Assembly (NCBI RefSeq): GCF_009914755.1
Contig: NC_060930.1
Strand: one strand, 5' to 3'
Length of the DNA stretch: 64,000 nt
Source: the human T2T-CHM13v2.0 reference genome, Homo sapiens
Shown: piece by piece, positions 15,133 through 30,820 of the stretch
Layout of the letters: the number at the start of each line of letters is the position of its first letter
Numbering within the stretch: the stretch's first letter is position 1
Program-made: the position numbers and the translations under genes
The notes under the pieces: model-generated
The model's input: the letters and a program-made list of their open reading frames with translations, nothing else
Told to the model about the DNA's origin: nothing
The model's database searches: none

Positions 15133-15235
15133 GGGGAGGCTGCAGTGAGCTGAGATTGTGCCATTGCACTCCAGCCTGGACAACACAGCCAGACCTTGTC
15201 TCAAAAAAAAAAAAAAAGAAAAGAAAAAAAAACAA
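15133..15235 (+). mobile_element. 5'-truncated Alu (right-arm 3' end plus A tail)
   Basis: ggaggctgcagtgagctgagattgtgccattgcactccagcctgg…aaaa. Confidence 0.9.
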
Positions 15236-16478
15236 CAGCAGTAGAAAAAGGAAATAATAATGATCAGAGCAAAAAATAATGAAACAAGAAACAATGACAC
15301 AGTACAGATAATTTTAAATCCAAAGAAGGTTCTTTGAAAAGGGTGACAAAATTTAAGAAAGATGGATTGATAAAAGAGAGAAAGGACAAACAATTTTAGG
15401 CATGAGGAAAACAAAATACTTAAGATGCTAAAGAGATTAAAAAGATAAGAAATTATAAATAACTTTAAGTCAATAAATTCGAAACCTTAGTTGAAATGGA
15501 CAAATTTCTAGGAAAATCTGAATTATCAAAACCAACTCAATGAGAAATAGAAAACCAGTGTGGTGCTATAAACATTAAGATATTTAATCAACAGTTAATA
15601 GTCTTCCCACAAGGCCCAGAAAGTTTTATAGGTGAATTCTACCAAACATTCAAGAAACAGACAATTTTAATATATACAAATTCCTCCAGGGAAAGAAAAA
15701 GAATACTCTTCAACGCATTTTATGAGGCTGATACAACCTGAAAACAAAATTAGACAAGCACAAGAAAATTCTAGTTGACCTCATAAACACAAATGCAAAA
15801 TCCTAGAAAAATTTCAGCCAAACAAATTCAATGATACATAAATAATCATCATGACCAAATTAGGTTTATTCCAGGAGTGCTAGGTATATTCAACATTAGA
15901 AAATCTTACAATATAATTCACACATTAACTTTAAATGAGAAAAACCCTGTGATTGTCACAATATTTCCAGTAAAAACATTTGATAAATCCAACCACTATT
16001 TAAAAATTTAACAAACACTCAGCAAACCAGGAATATAAGGCAATTTTCTTAACTTGTTAAAAGGCATCTATCAGAATCCTATAACAAATGTCTTTCTCAG
16101 TGGTAAAATGATAGAAGCATTCCCTTTAAAATTAACAAATAAACTTCAGAAGGATGATCACCATTGTTCCTTCTATTCAACTGCATTTCTATACATTCTG
16201 CAGCAAGCAAGCAGAATACATTGAATTAAAAGACACTGTACAAAATGGCAACAAAAATAGATGTTACATCTAGAAATAAACCTAACAAAAGATGTAGCAG
16301 ATATGGAGAAAGTTATAAAATTTTGTTGAATGACGGTAAAGAAGACCAAAGTAAATGGAGGAACACACCATGTTCACGTATACAAGGATCGAACCTTATA
16401 AAGTTGCCAGAAGAACTGGTAACGTTCCATCTGTTACACTAAACGGTGAGTAATGGGTCTTCATTTTATTGAAACTCA

Positions 16479-16570
16479 TTGCTATAGATTGAATGTTTGC
16501 GTCCACCCCTCCTCCAAATTCATATGTCGACATCTTAACCCCTTGAAGCTGATGGTATTTAGGAACTGGG
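16479..16570 (+). mobile_element. MaLR (MST/MLT1A-like) LTR 5' fragment
   Basis: tgctatagattgaatgtttgcgtcc…ccaaattcatatgt. Confidence 0.65.
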
Positions 16571-17879
16571 GAGGTGATTTTGGATAGAATTTTGCCCAAG
16601 TCCAGGGATGACTGAGTGGGCTGTGGCAGACAGTGCCTTTTGTATTGGATAGCTGACAAGCTGCATGGGAATACGCACTCCTCCTCAGTCATACATTATC
16701 TTCCTTTGGCAGGCTGGCAGCATAGGGCTCGGTGGGAAAACCTTAAGCCTCACTTTAATAATGGTAGCACATAAGGCACAGTGATTCTGACTCAGTTGCA
16801 AGCTGAGTGCAAAATTGGAGTATATTCTACCCTTAAATCTCACCTTTAAAAATTTCCTTTTTCTTTTAAGCTTGCAATTGATTCTTTCTGCGAAGTATCT
16901 TGTGATACTGTGAATTAGGCTATATAAATATAAAACACACTGCATTATATAAAGTTTTACTGCTTCTCTGCTATAACATCAAATATGCTTGATTCTCTAG
17001 GCCTAATTTGTGTATCTTTAGACTCACTGAGTAGGTTTTACCTGATGAAGAATTCAATAAAATGGTATTAAAAGAGACAAAGATTGCTATCAGATATAAA
17101 TCCCTTTTTATCTTTCCTCTGAGCTTAGGCCTTTGGCAAATGGTTCTTTTGGATATGCAAAATGTATCCCACAAACAAAAGCCTGCTTAGTTCATACAGA
17201 AGTTAGACTAGTCAGCACTTATAAACTGCAATAACCCATCACTGTGAAATATATATTAGAAGGTCTTCACAACTAGTATTTCCTAAGAGTCACATAATAA
17301 GGAAAACCACAGTGCTTTCAGGCCTCAGAAGACTAGAAAACAATTTGATTGGGGTAATATGTGATAACTCCTAAATAACCTAACATTTCACAAGAAGACA
17401 ATGCTTAAATATGGTGGCCTAGAAAAACATTCCCAGGGTAAAAGGCCTCTAGGGTGCACAGGGAATTTTGTCTCATCCTGTATGTCATAAACTGACAAAA
17501 ATATACTTGCTCTGTATCAGAAATGTTCAGGATTCTTTTAGCATAAATAACAACATGGGGAAAGCAAGTTCTGTCCAGTGTTAGTGTAGGAATATAATCA
17601 AGTTCAGCTTTAACTGTAGCTATCTGTCATTTGGCTTCAGCCTCAGCCTTTGAAGGGGCGCTGAGAGCCTAAGGTCTGCTTCAGTGTCAATTCCGGTATC
17701 CCTGAATGTATTCAGGATCAGTGACCATGTGGTCACACAGGTTCCTAAGATATCTAACTAGCATAATAACTACAGAAATATGAACAAGGTATGCCATTTG
17801 GATCTAGGGTTAATATCTGTTTATTTCACTTACTTTTGTAAGCATACTAGATACAACTTGGTGTGAAAATCTTACGTAC

Positions 17880-18175
17880 TTTTTTTTTTTCTTTTGAGAC
17901 AAAGTCTTGCTCTGTCGCCCAGGCTGGGGTGCAGTGGCTCAATCTCAGCTCACTGCAACCTCCGCCTCTGGCTCAAGCAATTCTCCCACCTCAGCCTCCC
18001 AAGTAGCTGGGATTACAGGTGCCTGGCACCACACCTGGCTAATTTTTGTATTTTTAGTAGAGACGGGGTTTCACCATGTTAGCCAGCCTGGTCTCGAACT
18101 TCTGACCTCATGTGATCCACCTGCCTCAGCCTCCTAAAGTGCTAGGATTATAGGCGTGAGCCACCACACCCGGCC
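17880..18175 (-). mobile_element. AluS
   Basis: Reverse dimer; flanks tta(c/t)gtactttt. Confidence 0.95.
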
Positions 18176-18468
18176 CTTTATGTACTTTTGATATTAAAAT
18201 CTTAACAGTCAGCTGAAGTCTGAATGTATATTTATTATTGCAAGAGTAAAATGTTACAATAACCATGGTGACTATATAAAAATTATTGACTTTTGTACAA
18301 AGTTAATTATTAAACCTAGAGTGCTCAAATAAATGGGGAGGCAGGTTAATAGAACAAATATTAAGAAATAGTAGATTGGCTAGATATCTTTAAGAAGAAC
18401 ATTATATGTTTTTTGAATCAACATGCCTACAAAAATTTTTTAAAAACAAGCAAACTATTAGAGATTAA

Positions 18469-18780
<312 letters not shown>

Positions 18781-19245
18781 TAATATCCTACTTCTAATCT
18801 TTATAATATTATTCGGTGAGAATATTGTTATTTGTAACCCTAAACGAAAATCCTTTATTTAATTTTTGTTATTTCATTCCACTTAGGCTACAAGTTTCAA
18901 GAAACAATTCTGTTTCAGAAATCTTCATGTCAGAATAAATTTAAGGTAGGATATCAATTTTGCCACCTCAAAATTTCATAAGGAAAAACTCCAAAGTAAT
19001 ATATAACAGCATCCATGATAAATTATCTTCAATTTAAACGGAATAAATATAAGAAGAATGAAGAAAATAACATAAGATTAAAGAAATGTGAGATGCTCCA
19101 AAATATAATATATTGCTCCTCCCACAGACTTCAGTTGAAAGTGAATGTCTACTGTCACAAATGTGCAATATAGCGCTCACAGGCTCATTTAGCAGGTGCT
19201 GAGTGCTCAGAATTCTGGTTCCTGCAATGTAAGGTCAAATTTTAA

Positions 19246-19722
<477 letters not shown>

Positions 19723-19921
19723 TAAAGTGACATTCTATATTGTGTAGTAAGAAAGGATGCTTGCAGGTAGAACAAGGAAGCACTTAAGAATTTACTCTTG
19801 GACATTCACCTTCCTACAAACTTCAAATTAAACAATCAAATCATGTTTCTTTTTCAACTATGTTTCTGAATATAAATCTGTACATATTTGTTTGTTACAG
19901 GGAGAGACTATAGTAAGTCTA

Positions 19922-20312
<391 letters not shown>

Positions 20313-22860
20313 TCAGCAGTTGGTATCTAGTCAGTATGACAGACACTGTGAGTAATGGCCACAAAATATAACATATGGATCTGCAAGAAACCTTCTAAAA
20401 GTATATAATTCATTTTGTTCCATTTATGCCCAGAGGAGAAATCTGCCAATAGATAAATTCTTGGGAAAAGGACTTGCCCAGATGCCAAATACATCCATGC
20501 AGAATCATAAAGGAGAAGAGCTAATTCACAGGGTGTCAGACATTTGTGGCAAAGAGGCCTGAAAACCAAGAGAGAAAAATAACGGCCCGCTTCATTAGCA
20601 TTCTATGTTCTCAGAACTAGGTAGCATCAATTTGAAATGCATGTACTCACTTCACACTGATAGGATATACCAATTCTACCTTCTCAGATACCCTTTCTAA
20701 TCACAGTCCCTGGGACTGTAGTCTAGAGTGAAATGTAATCTCCAAGTGAAAAATAAAAAATGATGGAATAAGTAATTTCCTCACTCAAGTGAAATCTGGT
20801 TTTATGATGCTCTTGCTCAAGAGACATCTGTTAGCACATCTGGATTTAATTGTTCAGATATGCACTTTGTTCCAAGAAAATGCTTCTGGTGTAACTGCCC
20901 CTGACAAAAAAAAAAAAAAAAAGTCTACTTTATTACAACAGCTTTGAGGTTCACAGTTTAACTGGCTGGAGCCAGACCATGTTGTTGGTAACTATGGCCC
21001 CTCTCCTATTTGACTTGTACAGTAACAGCAGCATTAGCTCTCTAACATTAGGGGCTGTTTTGTTCTGTTTTTAAAAGAAAGTTTGGTATAACTTAGTGCC
21101 TGTATTAGCTGTTAGGATTACAGTCTACTTAGACTTTTATAATGATTTGTTTTCAGCTTTATGTGTTCCACTGAAGAGAAGGGAACTAAAATGCTTTGGA
21201 ATAGGGAGCTATTTGTGTATTTTCTGCACATGGTATATTAGATTTTCCTATCTCCTCACTGTATTACCAGAGTTCATATTGACTGAAAGAAAATATATCA
21301 ACTGAATTTAGTGTGTTTATAGATTCAATATGGCCATTTTCAAATGAACTGTGTTGAAAATGACAGTGTCCATCAATCCTTTGGCCAGTAGTTTTTTGTA
21401 TATGTATAAAAACACCTATTCTGTTTCTAAACTTTAACCTTGAAATACTAATACCAAGAACCTGAGGGTCATTTAAACTGAAAACTAAAGTTAAACCTTC
21501 AGGACTTCTGAAATATTAAAGTGTCATTACAAAAGCTACATTTAAAAAGAGGTTAACAAATTGTGCTTTATGATCCACTGTCTTACCCTTTCTCAAGAAA
21601 GAAATCTGAGTATTGTTATACCACAGGTTTTATACTAGCAAGAGAGCATTTTAAACAAAGGGGGAAAATGACAACAGGACAATAATAATTTATTTTTAGC
21701 TCTATGTAATGTACCAAACTCTCTACTAGATCTTCTAACTGTCTTTAACTGGCAGGAAATCTGTGATAATTTATAGTATAGTGATTAATTAATAGAGGTG
21801 AGGATTTAACAAAGAATCTTTTAAACTTATTTTCACCACATTTTAAAGACATATATTATATCTATGGCCAAATTTCTTTCTACTTACCCTTGCTGGGAAA
21901 GTTTCATTTCCTTTAACTCAATACATAAAATCTGCACCTTTGTCTGTCAGAGAAATATGCTCAGATGTGTTCTGTTTCATGGCTTGATACACCACAATAA
22001 ATTGTTAATGATACATTACTGCATCAAAAAAACAGGCAAATGCAATACTTTCTTCTTTGTACATTCCAAAAAGACCCAGGAAATTTCAAAATACTCTCTC
22101 TTTAACCCTTCAGCATCAAAGATGCCACCAGTAAACACGTATGAAGCACCTGCACTACACATACAGCCCCATGCTGGATGGCGTTGGGTGTTCACTTTCA
22201 TTCACAACTGACTATGCTTTACAGTCACTTCATGGTATGCAAATATTTTTACAACAAATGTGCTGTAATTTTTTACCACCTTTTTTCAAGAATGAATTAC
22301 TCAAATGCATAGATATCCAAATTGATTATTGTCAGCTGACATGACACAGAAATGGCACAAAGGATCAAGAAGACTAGCTTACGTGAAAAAAGAAAATATT
22401 GAATAAAAAAATCAGCTGTCTTAATTTGGTATGAAATTGCTTTAAAATCCTGGGAACTGTGAATATTAAACTATACCAGTATTGTACATTTTACAGGTTA
22501 TATTTTCTCTCTGGCTTCTGGTGTCTTAAGCTTTATGTTGGTGATTTATGATTTATATTGTCAGTCAAAGCTCTTAATAAAAATACAGCTTTATGTTATG
22601 CAGCTGGGAATAGAATTTCTTCCTTTCTCTCTCCGTAGAGTCCCACATACATATTGAATATATTCTAGTGGTAATTATAAAATACGAGGTTATAGGGCTA
22701 TCACTGATTGTCATCATATGCCACTCAAACTTCTTCCTGATGGTACAATGAAGTGACTGAAAATACCTCTCTGCTGGTGCCGTCACATATCTCAGAGTGT
22801 GCTGCGCTACAACACAGAAGGCTTTCATTCTCCTCGGGATGTAGAGATACTTCCAAAGAT

Positions 22861-23070
<210 letters not shown>

Positions 23071-24361
23071 CATGTGTAAATTTTTTTACTAATGGGTACA
23101 TGATCCAAAAAAGTTGTGAGACCCCTGGCATAAAGTTCTCTAGCAATTTCAGGAGCAGTTATCCAATATAAACCCCAGAGAGCATTCTGAAGAAACAATA
23201 ACAGCTAATGTTCAAGATACTGAAATCTTCATGAACAACAAAAATGAACATTAATAGGTGAAATCAAGACAAAAAGCATGGGAAATCAAAGATCAACCAG
23301 ACATGGATGCCTAGACAATACCCCCAAATTCAGGACATTACACAACTCTAAGGAACATGCACAGTATCACCTACATTGTCACCACTGCTTAAACTGATAC
23401 ATGGCTCCACTCTCATTACAAAGAGGTAGATGGTGATGCTTTAGTCACTTCTTTAATACAATCGTAAGCAATTTAAAGAACTGTACTTTTTTGCAAAAAT
23501 TATATCCACTCTACATTTTGGTGTTATAGAACAACAGTGACAGTCAACATCTTTACTTAGCAAAATTCCTTTTGGAAATTGCACTGGTCTGTGAAATCCA
23601 AAAGTCTGGGAACTCCTGCTTTAGTACATACCTTCCACTCTAGAAAAGACCTTAGGTCTCCCTAATTTACTCTATCATTCCTGCTTTTATATGCTTATAC
23701 TTATTGTCTCCGTAATCCTGGAATATCAAAGCTTCAAATCTTACCCATTTTTAAAGACTTCACGTCTTACTCATTCATTCAGTCAGTTTACTCAAATATT
23801 TACTGAATATCTAAGTGGAAGGCATCAGGCTGAGGGGAACAGAATTTGGGTGAGGAATGTGTGCCAAGATGATTAGCTCATGAACCTTACTCTCAAAGGT
23901 TTTACATACTATCCTTTTTATCAAGTCTTAAGTTACAAATTTGGTTAACAATTTCCTAATCACATCATCTGTTAATAGAATGATGAAGGGCCACACTATT
24001 TTAAATCAGAGCTGCTCTGGAAAATCTAGCACATATAGGTCACAGTACCCATTACATGATACACAGTCTCTTGGAGAAGGCTTTTTGGATGAGTCACAGC
24101 TTTAAATAGGAAAGAAGGCAATAATGAAGGTCATACCTGAAGTCAGATCAGTGAAGCAGAGCTTCCTATCTTCTTACATCTAAGAACTAATGTCAACAAA
24201 TCTTCTGATTATTTTACCAAGAAAGAAAATGCTGTAATGATTAATTCTCTTTTAACTAATCTTTTTGATACCTCAAACACCAGAGTGGTTGTTTCTGAAT
24301 AAAAACTTGCTTGTTTTTCTTTTTTTTTTTTTTTTATAGCCATTCTCTCTCTAATCCTTAC

Positions 24362-24851
24362 CCTGCTGAATTTAATTGCCTTGGCAATGCCAAAACAATG
24401 TCTGATCCTAATAGGTCAGCATTGATCACTCTAAACCAATTGGTTCCTTCATTAGCAAGAAAATGAAGTAAAGCGAAAAGGCAGGTGGCTCCCGAACAGG
24501 CAGCTGGGTTTTTGCTCCTCTTACAGCGCCTCTCTCTCATTAAACAGTAGCTGATCGATCGGCAACTTGCTCAAAATCCACAAGAACTATTCATCACTTG
24601 TGACACAGACCTGTTTTAACAGGCCACACAACTCAAGATTTGGATACCCCAGGCAGTCTATTTGTGGGGCCCATCACATTCTTCCCAGACAGATGTCTCT
24701 TTGGATCACATGGAGGAAAAAATGTGGACACATCATGCAATAGACCACTTTCTGGCAAGACACCAAACAAAGTCCAGAATGGCAAATCCCAGCTCTGAGT
24801 TTCTGGAGCAAAGTCTTCCAAGAGGAGAGTCCTCCTCCCAGAGTCTAGATT
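24362..24851 (-). other. candidate exon (up to 490 nt)
   Basis: Donor AGG|GTAAGG; acceptor …tttaaccctccttgcttcctcttgctggtctgtgccatag| with a branch-like TTTAAC; unique sequence. Confidence 0.4.
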
Positions 24852-24998
24852 CTATGGCACAGACCAGCAAGAGGAAGCAAGGAGGGTTAAAAATATCAAT
24901 CATCATCAGACAGAAAGAGAGAAAAACGGAGTCAAAGAAGAAAAGGGAATGCTTTAAAAAAAGAAAAAAAAAATCACAGGAAAAACAGACTGCGTTAC

Positions 24999-25161
24999 CT
25001 TGGTTAGTTGGGAAATGATCCAAGAAAGAGAATGGACTAGGAGTTTTGTCAGATGGCTTAGGGAACTGCCTCTCTGCTAGAATGAGTGAGTCCCTCATTC
25101 CTGGGGCAACAATCACACGACCAGAGACACAGCAACTCCTTTTTAAGCTGGGGAATACAGC
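24999..25161 (-). other. candidate exon (163 nt)
   Basis: Acceptor cccccttttcttag|GCTG and donor AAG|GTAACG; unique sequence. Confidence 0.45.
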
Positions 25162-25187
25162 CTAAGAAAAGGGGGTGCTACCCAATC

Positions 25188-25412
25188 TTGACTAAGCGTC
25201 TACTATACCAAAGACCTTGTTAGGCAGTTTACATAAGCTATCCCACTGAACCTGATGACAGTCTTATGAAGGAGCTAATTTTATCCTCATTTGCCATACT
25301 AAAAAGAAAAAGTTTCAGAGATATAAAGTAACCTGTCCAACAACACGTAGCAAGAAAGAAATGGCAGTCAGAATCTGAATGTAGTTCTGATTAATTCCAA
25401 AGACCGTGCCCT
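25188..25412 (-). mobile_element. MIR
   Basis: Reverse MIR core (ttatcctcattt…cagagatataaagtaacctgtccaa). Confidence 0.7.
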
Positions 25413-25506
25413 TTTAATGAACCTCTAAGAGGGAAACTGAAAACAAAACAAAACACCAAAAAATATAGAGTTAATTTATAAAGCACAAAAATAAAGAAAA
25501 ATATAA

Positions 25507-25879
<373 letters not shown>

Positions 25880-26579
25880 AAGACAATGATTTTTAATGGG
25901 AATAAAAAGAATAAGAGGAACATGTAGCCATATTTAAGGCTATTGCTTTCATTCTGGAGGTTCTTGCAAATTGACTCTGGGTTCTGCATATTCTGAGGGG
26001 AGGAGGCAGGGCCAACATTGTCGACAAGTCTCCCTTTTGCTTGCTGCCTTTCCACAAAGCTAGCAGAGCCAGAAGAGAACTGGCCATAGAAACAACTGAA
26101 ACCACAATAGTAGGTCAATTTTCTCTTAAATTTCAAATCCAGAAACAGAAAGAACTTATTCAACTTCTATGCCAGTAAGTAATTCCTTGGTCTAATAAAA
26201 AAAAAAAAATCTACGAAAAACTTCTCACTTCCTATACTAGCCACAACACAGTTACTCAATAAAAAGCACTTAGCAATATGTTGAATTTATTCACCAATCA
26301 TTCACAAAACACCTTTCATGGTCAAGGTACTTGCTAAAGCCTGAATGAACACTGCTAGGGCTGTTATACCCTCTCATTACAAATACAAATTATCTGAAAT
26401 TGTATTACAATGTTGACTTACAGGGGAATGTCTGCAATATTTGACAATAAAAATAACCAAAAGGTGAATTTTTGACATAATCAGATTTATCACTTATGAC
26501 AGACAGATGGAGATGTGGAGCATCTCAAAATCTTCATTCTATTAAGAAGAACTGGGAGAAAGAGAAGAAAGGAGAAAGG

Positions 26580-27200
26580 GATATTTAATAGGGGCCTATT
26601 ATCTGTTTGGGCACTATGTAATATCCTGGGGATACAAAAACGAAAAGATGAGGGCACAGTTCTCTAGGAGTTCAGAGTCTAGTAGAAAAGACAAGATGTT
26701 TGGTCATTCATCCATCCATCCACTCACCCATCTATACCTTCCTTCATTTTTCCAACCAGCAACTATTTACTGAGAACCTATGATGTGTTGTCAAGTACTA
26801 TGCTGGGTACTGAGGATATAACAATAAACCAGAAGGATGTAGTCCTTGCCCTCATGAACTTAAGAGTCTAGTGGGGAAGTCAGGCCAGGAAACAGGCAAC
26901 TATAATAAAATGTAGTAAGTACTACGAAAGGAGAAAGACAGGGCATTCTAATGGCATAGAATAAGTAGGCAATTGGTGCTGATGGTGGTGATAGGGTGGG
27001 GGCTGTCCTGGTAAAAAGAATGCTTCTCACAGAAAGACATATCTGGATTGGAACTTGAGGGATAAAAAGAAGTTAGAAAGACAAGCAAGGAGAAGAGAAA
27101 CAGAAGGGAGAAGTTTTTTGTGGCAAGAAAGAACAATATGTAGCAATATCCAGAGACAAGTCAGGGCATGCCAGAGGGGCTAAAAAGAAATTTTACAGAT
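26580..27200 (-). mobile_element. L2 fragments (3' ends)
   Basis: tatttactgagaacctatg…tgctgggtactgaggatata…ccttgccctcatgaact…gtctagtgggga. Confidence 0.75.
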
Positions 27201-27674
27201 GCATCATACAGTGGTAGCCAGCCTCCAAAATGGCACCCAATGGTTGTGTTCTGTTATTCATATCTTTATGTCGTTCCTTCTCATACTAATATCCTATTGG
27301 TTACAAAGGTCAGTCCCAAAATGACAATGTCTGACTTTCAAGTCTAGGGGGGAAAAAAAAAAACATGGCAGCTGCTGCTTTGCTTTCTCTTAGATCACTT
27401 TCTCTGGAGGATGGCAGCCACCATGCTGTAGGGACACTCAAGCAGCCCTCTATATAGGAAAATGTGGAAAATCTGCCAACGGCCAGTGTCAACTTTCCAA
27501 CCATGCAAATGGGCCACCTTGAAAAATGAATCTCTCAATCCTATTCATAACTTCAGATGACTATAGCCTTGGCTGACATCTTGACTTTAATCCTATAAGA
27601 GACTGTGTTGTAGGTATGAGCTGACAGATGATATAACCAAAAAAGAGAGGGGAAAAAAAAAAGAAAAAAGAGAC

Positions 27675-28310
27675 TGTGATGATCTGAATATTTATTTCCC
27701 ACCCCCAAAGTTCATATGTTGAAATTCTAACCCCAATGGACAGAATTAGGAGGTGGGGGCTTTGGGGAGGTGATTAGGTCATGAGTGAGGAGCCCTCATG
27801 AATGAGATTAGTTCCCTTATAAAAGAGGCCAGAGAGCCAGGTGTGGTGGTTCACACCCATAATCCTAATACTTTGGGAGGTTGAGGTGGGAGGATTACTT
27901 GAGCCCCAAAGTTAGAGACCAGCCTGAACAACATAGTGGGACCCTGCCTCTACAAAAAAAAAATTTTTTTAATTAACAGGGCATGTTGGTTTGCACCTAT
28001 AGTCCCAGCTACTCAGGAGGCTGAGGTGGGAGGATTGCTTAAACTTGGGAGGTTAAAGGCTGCAATGAGCCATGATCATACCAGCTTGTCTCAAAAAAAG
28101 AAAAAAAGGCCAGAGAAAGCTTTTTTGTCCCTTCTGTCATGTGAGGCCACTGCTAGAAAGCGCCACCTATAAATGAGTAAATGGCCCTCACCAGATGCCA
28201 AAATTGTTGGCACCTTGATCTTGGACTTCTCAGCCTCCAGAACTGTGAGAAATAAATTTCTGCTGTTTATAAGCTACCCAGTTAATAGTATTTGTTAGTA
28301 ACATAAGACA
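27675..28310 (+). mobile_element. MLT1A/B-like MaLR LTR nested in the MLT1E/F LTR
   Basis: tgtgatg…ttcatatgttgaaattctaacccc…gaactgtgagaaataaatttctg…taagaca; 5-bp flanks gagac/gcgac. Confidence 0.75.
27836..28107 (+). mobile_element. AluJ nested in the MLT1A/B LTR
   Basis: Dimer; flanks aggccagaga on both sides. Confidence 0.9.
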
Positions 28311-28339
28311 GCGACCTCAAGCCAGAACCACTCAGCTAA

Positions 28340-28694
<355 letters not shown>

Positions 28695-29334
28695 TTGTTT
28701 TAAGTCACTATGTTTGGGGTGATCTGTTACACAGCAATATATAACTAATACACACAGCATTTAAGATGAGAGGAAGGTGACTGAGGTAAGAAGTTAAAAA
28801 GACAGGGCCAGATCAAGTAAAAATTTTAATGAAATGATATTAGCCTTTATCATGAAAACAATGGAAGTCACTGGAGGTTTTAAAAGAGGGAAATGACAGT
28901 CAGAGCTACATTTAGCAAGAATATCTGGCTACATTGTTCTTGTTTGGGAACTGAACAGAAGAAAGATAAAACCAAAACTAAAAAGCTTAGTTAGTGTACT
29001 GAATGTGAACCTACTATGTCTCTAAGATTCCCTCAGCCTCCACCAACTTTCTCTTTAACATATACTGAGTCACCCTTCTACCTGTGAACTTGGATAAAAT
29101 GTCATACTGCTTTCTGAACAGTTGCCAAGCGGTTGGAGGAAGTCAATGGGAAACAAAAAATTAGGGCGAAGCCGTGTCTGAACAACCTGCTGTGTGTCTT
29201 GCCATGACCAGCAAGGTAAGGTGCTATATCATACTTTTCCCTCCTTGATTTTCCTTTATCCTTTACCCTTGCCACTTTGGGCTGGAAGTTACTAAAAAAA
29301 TGTCAGCACTTTAATTCTTCCTTCAGGCTCTACA

Positions 29335-29963
<629 letters not shown>

Positions 29964-29989
29964 GTTCCAGAGGACCTAGAATAAGACAG

Positions 29990-30820
29990 TACACAAGTTA
30001 AGCAAGAAAAGGGCAATTAGTTATTGCAATGGAGATGTAGAAAAGAAGACTGGAAAAGAATTTAAGGACAAACCATTGCCAGATAGAAATGACTGGCTGT
30101 GGAAGAGGGGAGGAATGAAAGATGACGCCCAGCTTTGTGGATGGGGCAACTCATTGAGATGAGAACTTCAAAAGAAGAACATGTTGGAAGGTAGGATTAA
30201 TTACCTTGAGGCATTCTGTTGTGAATTTCAGGTGCCTGTGCATCACTCTAGTGAAGCTATGCAGTGGCCATACTTCAGCGTGCTATTTGCAAGCACAGGA
30301 GAGAGAACTAGGCAGGAGATGAAGACGTGTTATTAACAGATGCCATGTGAGCCCATGAAATTGCTAAGAAAGAGTGTGCAGAGTGAGAAAAGTGGAAGAC
30401 ACAAACAAACACATTAAGAATATCATTCTAGATTGTGATAGGTGTTATACAGAAAATAAAGCAGAATCACAAGACAGTGATAGATAGGGCTGAGGGGTTA
30501 GTTAAGTTTGGGGATAAATGAGATGGGAGTAAGGAAGTATACTGGACAAACAAAGCATTCTTGTGGAGGAAACGTCAAGTGCAAATGCAGAGAGTTATAA
30601 ATAGCCTGACAGGTTTACCGAAGGAGCAGGAGTGCGGTACTATTGGAATATATAATAGAGTAGAAGGAATGGAGCAGGAGAAACTGCATGGGCACAGAGT
30701 GGGCAGATCATGAAAGGCTCTGCATTTTAAGCTGTGGATCTTGGACTTTATGCCATAGGTGAAGAGGAGCCCTGAGAAGTTTTAGTAGAGGAGTGACATG
30801 ACTTCGTTCGATTTTTACAA
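29990..30820 (-). mobile_element. L2 fragments
   Basis: Purine-rich reverse L2 motifs (ggacttta…ataggtgaagaggagccctgaga…gagtgacatga). Confidence 0.6.

Noticed and set aside
14648-16442. ORFs within the L1 region (and 35139-36861)
   Set aside because: Degraded L1M sequence with stops and frameshifts; no intact ORF1 or ORF2.
24380-24392. Palindrome TTGGCAATGCCAA as an NFI site
   Set aside because: The spacer is 3 nt; NFI dimers need TTGGC-N5-GCCAA.
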